From NCBI RefSeq assembly GCF_009914755.1, contig NC_060930.1: 64,000 bases of DNA; one strand, written 5' to 3'. The DNA comes from the human T2T-CHM13v2.0 reference genome, Homo sapiens. Each line of letters starts with the position of its first letter. The stretch's first letter is position 1. A program made the position numbers and the translations under genes. The notes beneath the pieces were generated by a model that was not told where the DNA came from, searched no databases, and worked only from the letters and a program-made list of their open reading frames with translations. Below, in pieces: positions 1-15,321 of this stretch.

Positions 1-619
1 GACAACTCTGACTGTTGGATAGTAGCTGCCTGGAGAGCCGGGAGAGGGGTTTTGGAGCCTTGATTGGGATCAGCAGGAAAACAGTGTGATTGATTGTTGA
101 TGCCTGCTCTGGTACCAGAGAGAGGATCAGGACTTATGCCACGTATTTGCCATCCCTGCCTTAAACTTCATGTATTTAGACTCTGTCTTTCAGATTCTTG
201 TAACTGATACAGAATATGTTGAGTCTGTGAGTAACCGGGAAAAGGAATATGAAACACCAAGTTGAATTGATGGATATCCTCTGCAAACATCATGCCTTGT
301 CTGTCACCCCAAATTTGGTGGGGGTTGGGGACAGTGAAGGGCCAGGATTTCTGTGTTTAATGAAGATGAATGGAATTTCCTAGAATCCTGACTGTGAATC
401 TGAACACTGTGAATTTTGAATACCTGTGAAACATAAGTTGGGCTGGCAGATGGGCAGGTAGATGATGGTAAAAGCAGTAAGGGGCTTTGTGGAAAAATGT
501 GGGAGACAGGAGAAGGAAAAAGACACCTGGAAGAGGGGACCCATTGTGCTGAGCTTTGGAACACTGAAAGGGCAGCTGAACAATTACTCTTTATCTGTGT
601 CCAGCAATGTGGTACAATA

Positions 620-790
620 TTTACTTTATGTCATTTCATCTTTACAATTGTCCTACAAACTATGATTTCTTATACTCATTTTACAGATGAGAGTGTTGAG
701 ACACAGGGTAATTAAGTAGCATGTCTAGGATTATTCAGCTCAGCGGTAAAACCTAGATTCAAACCCTTTTCTTCTGATTTTGTGCCTGGT
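620..790 (-). mobile_element. MIR SINE fragment
   Basis: Core-like cattttacagatgagagtgttgagacacag motif; boundaries approximate. Confidence 0.65.
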
Positions 791-2399
791 ACTTTTTATA
801 TTGCCCCACATTGCTCACCAGAAGAGCCCCTGACCAAGAGACTGGTGAGAACCTGGGTTGTGCTATCGCAACAAGCATGCTAGAATAACAGTGTCTGAGC
901 TCAAGCTGTAATAAAGAGAGGGAATTGTGCAGGACTCCTGAGGAGTGGTTCCAGAGGTCTCCACTCAGCTGCTGAGCTGATAATTGTAGGCATGATGTCC
1001 TTAGATCATGTGATAGCAATGGCTTTGCTTCTTCAGAGACTGATGGAAGCTAAAAGGAGTATGATTTAAAATTGAAAACTAATATTTCGTGATAATAATA
1101 ATGAGTACCATTCACATGTGCAGGCAGTACTAGGGGGCTTGCATTTGTTATTTGTACTCCTTAAAGTAACTTGGTATAGTAGCTATTCATAATTACCCTG
1201 CCCCCTCACAGAAGAGTAAGAAACCCAAACTTTAAACAACTTGCCTTGTCATAGAACCCAAAAGGTTGAGATAGCCAGATCTGTACCGTCTTCCTCCTAT
1301 AGATATGTCCCAGAGGAAGACTTCAGAAGTTAAAGGAAATGAGAATAGGCAGTGCTCCGAAGAGACTGTTTAATGTTTTGTTGGATGTCCTGAAACTAAA
1401 TGTATGATTTCCTTCGAATGTGATTCTCTTGCTGTGTGTGATAAAGTTGAATAAAACCAACTTGATGGGTTGAACTGGAAGGAGTAAGATTCGATGGGAG
1501 GGCAATAGGTAATACGGGGAAAGAAAGGTTGGCCAGGATGGCTGTAACCCAGAGATGGGGTCATAGGCAGAGATATTTAATATATTGGGGCCTTTTGGGC
1601 AACAGATCCATGGGGACAAATGGTTGCTGTGGAGGTGTGCGCCCTCATCCTTTACATCTTGAACCCTAGGTTACTAGGAGAAATGTTCTCTATGCTGATT
1701 ATGCCCTGTTGTATGCTCTGCACAAAGGTGTTCTTGTGAGTGGAAGGAGTTTATCAATATATTGCAGCCTACTGAGGGAGTTGAATGCAAGAGAGGGAGT
1801 AGAAAGGAGGAGGCCAGAGTTGGGTTTGTTGGTGGAAGGGAGGGAATTGAGGGTCTGGGGGAGTGTAGACAGCCTCCATCTGTAAAGGGAAAGATTCAGT
1901 CAACACACACTGGTAGGGAGGAGGCCTGCAGGAGTGGTCAATGAAGCTGCTGTTTACACTCTTCATCTGTCCAGTTTAATTGCTCCAAGATCATTGTGCT
2001 TTGTTTATTGTCAACCATCTCTCTAATATTAGATTATTTATATGTAAATTATTGAGAGAGCCTCATAAGCTTGGTAGATAGAAGAAATTTGTGTGATACA
2101 AGGGCAGTGATGAGTAGAAAGAATGTAGACTCCAGGGGCAGGAAGACCTGGATTTGAATTATGGATCTGATACTCTAATGGGCAAGGTGGCTGAACATGC
2201 CTTTTTACTTCTCTGGATCTCAGAAAATCTACTTGTAAAGTTGTTGAAGCTTAATGAAATTGCAGCCATTATTATTATTGAGTGTCATTTAAATTGAAGT
2301 TGGCAATAATTTTCTGATTTTTTTCAACTTTAAATGAGCTATAAAGATTTAATTAAGGAAAAAATAATGTTCAAATAATCAGATAATAGGTCCTGAGTT

Positions 2400-2720
<321 letters not shown>

Positions 2721-3511
2721 TTAGGAATACCCCAAACTGTCATTGTTTATTAAGGTTAGTGTAGGCTGGAAGTCACAATCTGGTTGCAAGTCTGAAACAC
2801 CCTCTTTCGAGTTAATATACCATTTTAAATTCTTTTGAGCAAATATTTTAAATACTGGGAGTTACCTTTCTTAGACACAAACATAACCTGGATTTCCCAT
2901 TCTTCTTAAGACATCTGAAGATTACTTGATCCTGGCACCTCACTCCATTGTGGTATCATGGCATCTTGGCATGGATCCACTGGAACTGAGTAGTGATGCC
3001 CCCTTGCCTTAGGGCCTGTATCCTTGGTGTCTACACAGCCCCTCATCATTCTCACCATTTTCCCAACTCTGAGCCATTTGTTACTGAGCTTGTATATTCT
3101 TTTATCTTATAATAGAAAGTATTTCTTGGCATCTATGTCTATCAAAAGTGGGAAACCATAAGATTATATCGAGAAGGCTATATATATGTTTCAAGAAGAA
3201 TGGGAGCCAGCAAGTTTGTGTGTGTGTGTTAAAGGAAGGAAATAATAGTTTTAAATGGTTATTAGTTGTTTGCTGGCTTCATTACTTCACATTATTAACT
3301 GTCTGACTTCTGTTGGCATTTGAATATTTGATTCTTTGGAGAGGTTGACTACTGTGGGGTTAAAAAGTACCTGTCTATTTGCTATGTGCTTGGTGCTAGC
3401 ATGGTGTCAGCCTCTAGTCACTCTGTAATCTCAAAACTGCTACTCTGAGGTTATTAACTCTAGGGTAGAACTGCCTTGAAAAGCTTGAAAATAGTTGATC
3501 ATACCCTAAAC

Positions 3512-3728
3512 CAGGGTTTGTCATCAGTGGCATTATTGACATTTTGTGCTGGACAACTCTTTGTTGTTGGGGCTTGTCTTATATATCGTAGATATAAAGC
3601 AGTTTGCCTTATTTCTACCCACTGGGTGCTAGTAGCACCCTTCCTCCTGGTTGCAACTACCAAAAATGTCTCCAGACATTCTCAAATGTCCCCTAGGGGG
3701 CAAAATCGCCCCTGGTTGAGAACCACCA
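3512..3728 (-). mobile_element. MER20 (hAT-Charlie DNA transposon fossil)
   Basis: Diagnostic aaaaatgtctccagacatt...aaatgtcccctagggggcaaaatcgcccctggttgagaaccac. Confidence 0.88.
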
Positions 3729-4054
3729 CTCTACAGTATCAGAGAGGAAATGGTCTCAATCTGAGAGGACTCAGACTGCTTTAAAACTGGAAGGAACTGA
3801 AGAGATCGTTTAATTCATCTTCCTCTTCTGATAAGGTATGACCTGTTAAATGACTAGTTCAAGTCTACATTGCTTCCAAGCTCAGGATCCATTGTCCTAA
3901 TACTTCTAGAGCAGTGTATTATGGAGCTAGCATACTGCATTGGAAGTTGGGAGACTTGGAATCTGGTTCTGGCGTTGCCATTTAATCAGCTTTATGTCTT
4001 TGGACAAGAAACTTGGCTTCTCTGGGCTTCAGGTTTTTTGTTGTGTTGTTGCTG

Positions 4055-4820
4055 TTGTTTCATAATTGAGATATAATTCACATGCCATAAAATTAACTTT
4101 TAAAAATTGTATGTCCCAATGTGTTTTTGTGTGTGTGTATGTTTACTATGTTGTACAATAATCTAATTCCAGAATATTTTATCACCCATATTCATGCCTA
4201 TTAGTAGTCACTCCCCATTCTCACCTCCCTCTAGCTCCTGGCAAGCACTAATCTGCTTTCTGACTCAATGGATTTGCCTCTTCTGGACATTTCATGTAAA
4301 TAGAATCATAAATGAAACCTTTGATGTCTGGCTTCTTTCACTTGGCATAATGTTTTTAAGGTTCATTCATGTTGTAGAATGTATTAGCACTTCATTTCTT
4401 TTTATGGCTGAATAATACTCTGTGGTATGAATGTACCAGAGTTTGTTTATCCATTTATCAGTTGATGGATATTTGGGTTGCTTCTACTTTTTGGCTATGA
4501 TGAATAATGCCGCTCTGAACGTTTGCGTATAAGTTTTCGTATGAACGTATGTTTTCAGTTCTCTTGGGCATATACCTAGGGGTGGAATTGGTGGTTTGTA
4601 TGATAATGCTGTATTTTGTGTTTTTGAGGAACTGCCAAACTGTTTTCCAAAGTGGCCATTTCATTTTACATTCCCACTAGCAATGTATGCAGGTTCCAGT
4701 TTCTCTGGATCCTCTCCTACATTTGTGATTATTTGTCTTTTTCATTGTAGCACTTTTAGAGAATGCAGTGGTATCTCAGTGTGGTTTTGATTTGCATTTT
4801 CCTAATGACTAATAATGTTG
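4055..4820 (-). mobile_element. Old L1 (L1M/L1MB-like) 3' end
   Basis: Antisense L1 3' UTR and ORF2 C-terminus; ORF 4458..4664 gives PLWKTVWQFLK. Confidence 0.85.
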
Positions 4821-5774
4821 TTTTTTTTTAAAGAAGTGGTTGTGGGTATCTTTTTTTTTAAAATCTCTTCTAGCTCTGAATTTCAGATTTTTCTTCTATT
4901 CCTTGCGCAGACCATATGAATAACAGAATTGAGTCTTTAGGGAATATATATTTTGGAAATTAATGGGTTAATCAACTCCTATGTATTTATGAATATCTTC
5001 TATTGTCCAGTGTTCAGCCATGTTCAGGATGCAGAATGAGTATATGGCATGATCCTTCCCCCCAAACAACTCTTAATCTTGGGGAGCAAAGATGATCATA
5101 GAAAATTGGTACAACACAGGCTCATATGGAATATAATCCTAAATGTACTCATCCTATAGGTAAGTCAGGAAGGCAGGTATATCTAGTTGGATGAAGGCAA
5201 AGAAAGTCATCAGTGCTAGATAGAAAAATAGCAAATCTTGAATTGGGAAAGTGGCTGTTTTTAAGATTCTAAAAAATTTTACTTATTTAAAAGACGCCAG
5301 TGGAAAGTTAAAAGACCTAAATATTTTGTATTTATTGTGAATTGGAACAGATGTTGCTTTCCCTGTTCTTTTTTGTCAAATACATAAATTTGATTTGTAT
5401 ATCCACGCTGCCCTTTGTTTTAGACTTAATGACCCCTTTTTTCCATTTGTATGTATTTCCTGTAGTGTGAGAGCAAGACAAGTGGCTACCCTGTAGTTAA
5501 TTCCACAGCAGTGTTTTAATAGTGAGCTTGGTTCTGAGAGATAATTAACACAAATGAAATGATTAATAATTCACCTTTGAGTTCTTTTTCCATTAAAGGG
5601 AAAAAAATCATCTTGTTAACAAGATTAAATCTTGTGTGTTAGGTTCAGAAACCTAGAAAAACTTCACTGACCTTTCAGAGCTTACAGCTTCAAGGCCTTT
5701 TTGGTCTGGCATTTTGGGCCCTATGTGATCTGATTCTGACCTACCTTTGCAACATTTTCTCTCTCTATTCTTTT

Positions 5775-5777
<3 letters not shown>

Positions 5778-5822
<45 letters not shown>

Positions 5823-5890
5823 ACATATATTATATATAATATATATATAAATATTTGACTTATATATATTATATATATAATATATATATA
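5778..5890. repeat. (TA)n microsatellite with a degenerate AT-rich extension
   Basis: About 20 perfect TA units followed by interrupted TA repeats. Confidence 0.95.
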
Positions 5891-7503
5891 TGGCTTCTTT
5901 TTGCTTTTTCTCTCAATTTCCCATCCCTTTCTCATGCTATTTCCTTTGCCTTATTGTGCTCACTTTGCATTGTGTCTAGTAAGATTGCCTCATTTCTTCA
6001 AAGCCAGTGGCATTGCTATTTCCTGATGAAGGTTATTCTTTCCCCTCCCTTCCACCTTTGCCCTCCAAACTGAGAGATTTTTTCTTCCACCTCCCTCCAT
6101 GCTGTAGATTGTGGAATGTCTTCTCCTGGCCTCAATGCAGTCAAGGTTCTTTGAGTTCTTAGTTCTTCACGGTTAGGGACCTGTTCTGTTTATCTTTTAA
6201 TTCCCCCACGTTTCCTTTTAGAGCACTTGGCACATAGTATTTTATTGAATGAATGCAAAAGAAACACTGTTTCTGTATTTTCCATATCAGAATAAAGCTA
6301 ATCAAGAGTTTATGACCATGTCAAAGAGGAACGGGATTAGAGTGTAGCTAGAAGTCTACTTTGGAAAACATAAAGGCTGTGAGGGACAAGATTTATTTTA
6401 CTGCTCTTAAATAAGTGGCAGGAAGAATCTGTGTTATTAAAGATAACTTTATTGTAGAATTCTATTCGATATCAGAATTCTAGAACCATGTAGAATGAAG
6501 CAGGAGACCTGGAAGGAAGCAGAAAAGCCACTGAGAGGTGATTAGCTCTTCATTCTACATTCTTCATGGCAGAGGGCCACCCTGTAGGACCACCTCACCC
6601 AGAGGACTGTTAATGAAACAGGCAGAAAGTCCTCAAAGCCCAAGTGAGGGAAGTCATAATGGGAAGCTCTGAGAAGTGACAGCTCCCTTCTTAAGGCAGA
6701 ATTGGAGAATTCCAGAAGCATAGTTTTAGACTGTGTTTGGCATAGAGTGAAACAGCAGACTTACATTTGAATGGACTCTGGGAATGTCAGCACACCACAT
6801 CAAAGTACAAAAATGGATAATCATGAAGATTCTTAGTCTAGAACAGATTAAATCAGGTTTGGCATATTTTGGTTTGATGTCTTGGCTTTACAATGCAGAA
6901 ACATATGTGGTATATTTTAGAAAGATTTCTAAATAGAAGTAGTTTAAAATAAAATATAATAATAAATTTGTGTTTGGCAGGGTGAGCTTCAAGTATACAG
7001 AAAACCTTAATTTCCAATTCCAGGAGAAAGTAGGTTATTTGCTCCTACCTCTGGCCCCCACATTTGTAGCACCTTTTTTTGCCTTTCATCATCTCTTCTT
7101 TTTACCTTTCATTATAATACTTACAGACTTTCTTTTCCCATCATCCTAGGAGCTGTTCTTTTTGTGTTTCTCCTTTTTATGTTTCTGCTGCTGTGCTTCT
7201 CTTCTTTGTCTACACATAGGTATAGCATTTTAGCCCCCATGCACTTTTCCCTTTGATTGCCCTGGCTCTATAGGCATGCCTCTGTTAATGCCAATTTCAA
7301 ATTGAAGTTACTTGTAAGCAAGCTCTGTTTCTTCCCTTTAGACTTTGCACTGCATCAAATTAGAGGCTTTGTTTTGTCACCTGTGTTTCTCTAGTTCCTC
7401 GGGAAGTGTCTAGCACAATGAAAGTCCTTGTAAACGTCTGAGTGAACCTCTTGACCTTTTTAAAGGGTTTTGTTTTGTTATTTTTAATGCTAGTTCTTAT
7501 GTA

Positions 7504-7553
<50 letters not shown>
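7504..7553. repeat. Compound (CT)n(CA)n microsatellite
   Basis: Read directly from the sequence. Confidence 0.95.
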
Positions 7554-7556
<3 letters not shown>

Positions 7557-7940
7557 ACCCTAATTCTCCTTTGTTAATTTCTTCACTTTTTCTTTGGAGT
7601 CAAGATGGAATGGAGAATTATATGGCTGAAGATATAGAGAAATTTGAGGTGGAGAGACCAGAATTTGCAGGCACACTCCAAGTTGGACATTCTTCTATTT
7701 GGAATGCAGGAATTAGGATCATCTGAGGGAAGGGCAAGTGCCTGTAGAGATTTCAGAAAGATACAAAAGTTCCCAGTGGCAGTTATGTAGGACAGAAATA
7801 GCATTGAATCTCCAGCCAAAGTTAGATAGTTGGAGTTTTCAGTAGACAGGGAAGCTAACATTACTCAGTAGCCCAAGGAGGGAGGAAAGTACCGATGAGA
7901 TGACCAACTCAAGACAGAAGGTGAGTCCATAGAATGCAGG

Positions 7941-8339
7941 TGTCTTAGTCCATTTGGTTGCTATAAAGGAATACCTGAAGCTGGGTAATTTATAAAGAAA
8001 AGAGATTTATTTGTCTCACAGTTCTGCAGGTTGTACAAGAAACATGGCACCAGCATCTGCTTCTGGTGAGGGTTTCAGAAAGCATCTATTCATGCCAGGC
8101 ATCACATGGAGAGAGGAAGGACATGAGAGAGAGAAGGGAGGAAGGTGTCAGGCTCTTTTTAACAGTCAGTTCTCAAGGGGGAGACAAGAGTGAGAACTCA
8201 TGCACTGTGGTCAGATTGGCATCAAGACATCCTTGAGGGATCTGCCCCCATGACTCAAAAACTTCCTGCCAAACCCCACTTCCAACATTGACAATCAAAT
8301 TTCAACGTGGGATTTGAAAGACAAATATCCAAATTATCA
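7941..8339. mobile_element. MST-type MaLR solo LTR
   Basis: TG...CA termini, tgtcttagtccatttggttgctataaaggaatacctga start, perfect 5-bp TSD GCAGG at 7936-7940 and 8340-8344. Confidence 0.9.
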
Positions 8340-9398
8340 GCAGGTGAGGGCATCCAGACTTTCCCTTAAGTATATCAATTTATGCCTACTATGGAAATGT
8401 GAACTAATTATATAAGGATAAATAATTATATAAAAATATATAAGTAATATATAAATAATGTATAAATATATAAATAATTATGTAAACATATAATTATATA
8501 ACTATTAAAATGTAATTCTGGAAATCATCCTGCTCTTTATTATTTTTCAAATGTAAATAGAAGTCGTTTTTATATAATCTGTTAGGATAACTTTTCACAC
8601 AATTGAGGACTGACTGATACAGAAATGAGAACAACATATTACAAAACACATTGTGTTGCAGAGTGGCATCTACGCACATTGATAAGGACATGGCCTTTGG
8701 CTGGAGTCCTGCAATTCTTGTCTATAGAAAATACTATCCTCAGCAGGATTTCCTTCTTACTGTGGAGGATTTTGACTGTTACAGCAATTTTTGCTGTAGC
8801 TGGTCTTCTACAAAGTATCCTCTAATTAACAGGAGGCACGTGTATGAAGAGTTGTATATAATTTTCAGAGAGAATCTCATCAAATAGTGGCACCGTAAAT
8901 TCATATTTTATGCTTGGCTGACTTTTTTCTTTAGAAAATAAACATACAATCTTGACAGGAAATGTAAAAACAGTAAAATCCAACCACCCTCATCTTTCAT
9001 TCCATGGTTCTGCTAACGTTTTATTAAGGCTTTACATCACTAAGTATTAAGGTTTCTTTTTTTAATGCAGACTAAAAGTAGTTTGTTATACACATGTTGA
9101 TGGAGAAAGTAGTTAGAGCCACTTGCATTACATCAAACAGGGGAATAAATCAGCTGCTGGGTATAAGCAGCCCCTCTGAAGCTACCTGACTGAGACCCAT
9201 GGGGGTGCAGATGTGATGTGCACATTGTCTTCATCCTCCAGAGAGGTTGATGGTTGTCAGGGAAAGAGGCACAGACACATGCAACTGTTATTAAACAGTG
9301 CAAGGCTGTATATTATTACATGCTAGTTTGTGGTGACCGTGGGTATAAATGAGAGTTTGGTGAAGGAGATGATTCTGGAGGGCAGTGGTTAGATAAAT

Positions 9399-9625
9399 CA
9401 GGGTTTCCCAGCCTTGGCACTGCTGGCATTTTGGGCTAGATAACTCATTATTGTGAGGGCTGTTCTGTGCATTTTAGGATGTGTTAGCAGCATCCCTGGC
9501 TTCTACTTATAGGTGCCAGTAGTATCCTTCTCCCAAATTCCCTCAGCTGTGACCACCAAAAATGTCTTCAGACATTGCCAAATGTCCCCCAGGAGGGCAA
9601 AATCACCTCCAATTAAGAACAACTG
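9399..9625 (-). mobile_element. MER20 (second copy)
   Basis: cagggtttc...aaaaatgtcttcagacattgccaaatgtcccc...gagaac-like end; homologous to 3512-3728. Confidence 0.88.
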
Positions 9626-12600
9626 GGTAGGCTTAGTTGAGTGCAGTGTGGATTTGAGGCTGAGTTGTGAAGAATAAATAGAACTTGGATAGGAAGTATG
9701 GACAATATGGAGGGGATTTTAGTGGAGAAGAACCTTTAAAGTGAAGACTCAGAAGTGTGTCTGCAGCAGGGCTACTCAAAGTGTGGTCCATGAACTTAAC
9801 TGTGTTACCAGTGTAAGTACTGCCATTGAGGGTAATCATTTAGAAACTTTTATAGCGACTTTACTGAGTAATTTTATCAACTATAGTAATGAAAACTTCA
9901 GGTTTATAGCTTATCTTTGTTATTTAATTTTTCTAGAAATTAGTTTCTTGTTTTATAAAAGTATCATTCTGCAACAGATTGGAACATTAGTATAAGAACG
10001 ACAGCAAACTGGTCCTTGGCCACTGAGACTCTGAGAGAGGCTGTAACCAGATTGGATTTCAGGTGTACAGTAGGACATGAGGTAGGCTAGGTATGGCCCA
10101 GATGGAGCATGGAGTCAGAGTGGTTTCTGAGATCTCTCACGGTGCCTGACATCTTAGGCCTGGTACTCAATAAATATTTTCAGGATGAATCAATGCCTGA
10201 AAAACCTCCATGCAGAGGAGAATAGACCTAGCAGTAAGGAGGGGGGACCCAGTGGATATTTTGGGTTGGGGGTGACTTTTAGAAATTTTTTTTTTAAAGC
10301 AGGAACTATAATCACATCATGTAACACTATGTAACGTTCTATATTTTTGCCTGCTGATATGTAACATAGTTAAGTTTATTACAAACATTATTTCCTAAGA
10401 CTTATGGTATAATAAGTGCTCCTTTTCAAGTATTAACACTTAATAGTGTTTAATCTACAATGTAACATTAGGTAAATCAATGATAAATGTATATAATGCA
10501 ATACACTGTGCCACCTTTCCCTACCCTGTGTTAAGGTATTATTAACAAAATCAATTAAGAAAAAAACAAGACAACTATTATAACTGAAACAAGGCTATGA
10601 ACATCACAGATGCATGTCTGAGTAGATAAACAGCATTTCCCCTTAACATGAAGGTCATTTTGTCAAAGAGACTCCTATATCTTTAGGTTAGCATTGTTTT
10701 AGCAGCAGCTAGTCTTCAGGACAAGATCAAAAATTTCAAGCAAAAAAGACAACGAGTTATTCTGAGAAAACATCGATCCACGTTACTAATAAAAGAAGCA
10801 AACTGCTGGTTTCACCTTAACATAAAATTGGGTGTGTTCCCTTTCACATGTGATTCATATTTAATATCATTCTGTCTGTCTCTGTGGTTTCAGTCTTTAA
10901 ATCATCTGATTATCTCCACTTAGGAACCTTTCTAATTGCTTACCCTGGAACCATAATTATTCGAAGGTATAATTTATATATTTTAGAACTTATCGTCAAA
11001 TTATGTGTGTCCTGGCTGTTGGGATTTGTAAACAGTCTAATGTCTGGCGTAAAGTAACTTTTGTGATTATTTGGCAATATTTATAGCTGTCCTTTAAAGA
11101 AATAAAGGAGAGTACATTTTGGTTCATTTACATTTTCTGTAAATAGAGAAAGGCCTGTGCCCTTGGCACTGTTTTCATAGTGAAGTTAGTGGGTCTGTGC
11201 CTGAATTAGCAGTGAAGTGAGGAAAGAGATGGGGTATGGAAAAGAGTAATTGAAAGGAGCTTAAGAAAGAGTGGGCATAAACACATGAAACCGACAAAGA
11301 TTTGGAAAGCACCCCAGAGATGGCAGCAGCAGGTTTTGGGCTGGAGAATGGTCTGGCTGTTGGCCAGGGTGACTGAGCCATGTATGTTGCATTGTCCAGC
11401 TGGCTAGCTCAAGCTTCTTCACTTGGTGGTGGTCTCAAGGTTCTAATAGTGGTAAGAAGGAAAGCCCCAAGTACTTTTCAGTATTCTGTTTATATCAGTC
11501 TTGCTAATCCATCAAGATTCAAGGGATGGAGAAGTAAACTCCATCTCTTGGTGAGAATAGTTGCGTTGTCACAGTGTCAGGGTGTGGATGCACAAGGTAG
11601 AGAATTTGTGAACACTTTTATAACTTGCTGTAGTGTATGAAAAAAGAAATAATTTTTTTCATTAATAGTCCAAATCTTAAAAGAATACTCCAAATCAATT
11701 GCCACTTATTTTAACATAGCTGATGTGAAGTACTGTGGCTTACAATCCTATTTTATTCATTTATTTATGAAATATGATTGTATTCACTGAAGTTTTGAGA
11801 AGGAAAGGTAAGAATATTTGGTGTGGCATTACCACACTGTGATTTATTTTTGCTAAAGATCAAGTGAATTTTCCAGTCCTTTCCAGTGAACAAATGGATG
11901 GAATTTGTGTGGGATTTTGTTTGACAATATGTGCATTGTAGCTCAGAGTTCAGAATCTTTGTTTTGATTTTTACAAATGCTGTTTTAGTCCCTGTTCTGT
12001 TTTCTTTTCTCATAGTTTCTACTCCTTTACAGATAAAGACCGATGGTGAACCCCCTAACTTGAAATGCTTTTGTTGTTCCATCTCGATCACGATTTTGTT
12101 GGGTTTGCTAAGCCAAAGGTGAGCTGAATTAAACCCACCGAATAAATTTATGCTTCATCTTGGTTGTTGTTCTTGGCTGTATTATTCTTTTACTCTCCCT
12201 ACAAGCTTCAAGAGGTCTAGGAGAAATATTTTGATAGATGTTTCTTTGTCTTCCTCTTAGAGAACTTGATGCACACCTGGACAAAAGGACGAAATAGCAG
12301 GTGGGATTGGAAGTGTCATGTACCTGCTTGAGGGGGGTGGTGTTAAGGTTTGATCCCTTTTACTTTTATTCCTCTTCGGTGCAGATATCTGATTCTATTA
12401 TGGCTTGCCCTGGGAATCTGTCTGAGAACACTGTGGCAGTTCTTCCTTGTCTTAACCTGGTTTACATCCTAGCAGGAAGGTACACTTTAAGTAAGCTATT
12501 ACTTAATTCATTAAAAGTGTAATTAATCTTATAAAGGGGGAATTAATGACACAGTGAAAATGTTTACACGCAAAACTCTTACCTAACCTGGGTGTTTTTT

Positions 12601-12893
12601 TTGTGTGGGGGGGTCGGAGATGTGGTCTCACTTTGGCACCCAGTCTAGAATGCAGTAGTGCAATACCTGGGTGCTTTTGTCAGGGAAGATTTACTTGAGA
12701 GGGTGACCTTAAAGCTGAGGGCATAAGAGGGAGCATATGAGTTAGCTAGGTGAAGCTGGAAAGAGGTTTCATGGGCTGCTGACTACCTTATGGGAAGTTT
12801 TGATACAGGAAGGTTCGTGGTTCCCCTAAACTACTTTTGTACCATGGGTACGATTGAGCAGATGAAGGGAGACTGCATAGGGTTAGTGTAGAG

Positions 12894-13474
12894 CAGTGGC
12901 CCCTTAAGCTTAAGCATTACTTGGGAACTTGTTATATTTGCAAATTCAGTTTTTTTTTTAAACAGCACTATTGAGATATGATTAGCATACCATTTAAACT
13001 ATTTAAACTATACAATTCGGTGGCTTTCAGGATATTTGCAGAATTGTCAGCTATCACCACAATTTAAGAACATTTTATTACCGCACAGAGAAATCTCACA
13101 CCCCTTTAGCAACGGGTCCCCAAGCCCCCCACCTTTCTCACTCCAGCCCAAGGCTACTACTGATCTGCTTTCTGTCTACATGGTCACCTATTCTAGACAT
13201 CTCATACAAATGGAATTATATGATATGTGATCCTTTATGACTGACTTCTTTCTCTTAGCATGATCTCAAAGTTCATCCATGTTGTACATGTATCAGTACT
13301 TCATTTTTATGACTGGATAATGTTCCATTGTTTAAAGATATGAAATGCAGATTCTTGAGCCCCATTCCAGTCTTCCTGAATCTGAAACTCTGGGGGCTAT
13401 TCACCCCTCCATAATCTGTGCTTTAACAAGCCCTCCAGGTGACCCAGATTCACCCAAGGGTGGAGAGCCACCTG
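12894..13474. mobile_element. MER5A (hAT-Charlie) split by an L1M fragment (about 12950-13335), all inside an L2 remnant (about 12680-13890)
   Basis: MER5A-like halves ...cttgggaacttgtta...tgcaaattc and tgcagattcttgagcccc...tttaacaagccctccaggtga on either side of an antisense L1 3' end. Confidence 0.75.
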
Positions 13475-14068
13475 CAGAGGGAGTGGGAGGGGAAGGGAGT
13501 TGGAGAGTTGGGCACTTCTTATCACTGCCTGGGCCCGGGTATGGACTTTTTTCTTCATCTTAAGGATAATGAGAAGGTACTGAAAGGTTTTTAAAGCAGA
13601 GGCATGAAATCATCTGATTTAGGTTTTTTAAAGAAATTCATTTTAGCTTTTCTGTGTAAAGTGGTTTAGAGGAAATCTAGCTAGAAGAAAATGTAGGAAG
13701 CTCTAGAGGAGACATGAGGGTTTGGCATGGGCCAGTGGCAGTGAAAATGGAGAAATATGGATGGTTTCAAGAAAAAATTTGAAAGCAGAGAGGTCATGAC
13801 TTGCTGGTTAATTGCATCATCAAGGTGAGTCAATGATGATGTCCAGGTTTCTAGATTAAGCTGGTGAATGGGTGGTGGTGCCATCGCTAAGATCTTCTGA
13901 ATTTTCTGGTTTTCTGATATGTGAGTAAATCTTAGTCACCCATTCTTCCTTCTAGAATCCACTCTTCCAGGCAATTCCTAGAGGAAACATGGGATAACAT
14001 TTGAGTATATACCATGTGGAAAATACTCCTGGGACGACGTATCACAATACATAAAAGGACCATAAGTA

Positions 14069-14395
14069 CAGTTGGCCCTTCCGTATTTGCAGGTTCCACA
14101 TCCTTGGATTCAACCATCCATGGATGAAAAATATTCAGAAGAAAAGAACAGTTCAACAATAAAAAAATAAAAATTTAAAAAACAATAAAGGGTAACCACT
14201 ATTTACATAGCATTCACATTGTATAAGGTATTATAAATAACCTAGAGGTGATTTAGAGTATAAGGGAGGATGTGTGTAGGCTATATGCAAATACTACACC
14301 ATTTTACATCAAGGATTTGAGCATCCTTGGATTTTGGTATGGGGGTTGGGGGGAGCTCCTGAAACTAATTCCCTTCAGATACTGAGGGACAACTG
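14069..14395. mobile_element. MER2 (TcMar-Tigger) MITE
   Basis: TIRs cagttggccct...agggacaactg with TA duplications at 14067-14068 and 14396-14397. Confidence 0.88.
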
Positions 14396-15123
14396 TAACA
14401 TAAATATGAATGTGTGTGCACACACACTGAACCTGCAGTAACTATATATTAAAATAAAGAACATACATGAGAAAATGGGAAATAAAGGTGTCACCAAATT
14501 GTTTAGACTTAGGGGTGTGTGTACAAGTCTTTTGAAGCCTGATGAATTTGCATAATTTAGAGAAAAGAGATGGGGCGAGAGGTTTGAGGTTGCAGTCAAT
14601 TCTGAAAGGAATGCGCAGCAAGATTAGATTCCAGGGTTCTGAAGATGAGATAAACATGGGAATCGCTGATGAGAGTAGGACCAGGAGACTATGGAACTTT
14701 TTTTTTTTAAATCAAGAGCCAATGAGGAGTATAAAATTCTGAAAAGGCAGTGATATACGCTTAAGAAGAACACTCTTGTCTGCTTTTAGATGGGAGAGAG
14801 TAGGACAGTAAAGAAATTCTTGGAGGTATCAGCATCAGTGGGATAGGAAAGGGACTGTAGCAATGGGGGAAATAGGTAAGATATAAGCAATAGTAGAATT
14901 TCCAGTATTTGGTAGCTGAAGGAGACAGTGAAGAAGAAAGAAAAGGAGATGACTTTGTGGTTACTAGGAAACCAGAAGAGGATGTGGCTCTTGTAGCTGG
15001 TGGTGGAGGAGTTGTAGGGAGAAAGGGCTGTGGAAGACGCTGATTTTAGTCTTTTGACATGAACAGGTAATTATGGAATTAAAACTTAAACATAGTTTTG
15101 AGAAATAAAGTTATTAAATTTGA

Positions 15124-15321
<198 letters not shown>

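Noticed and set aside
9764-10035. Possible hAT-type MITE starting cagggctactcaaagtgtggtcc
   Set aside because: One end looks Charlie-like, but I could not define the family, the second TIR or a TSD.
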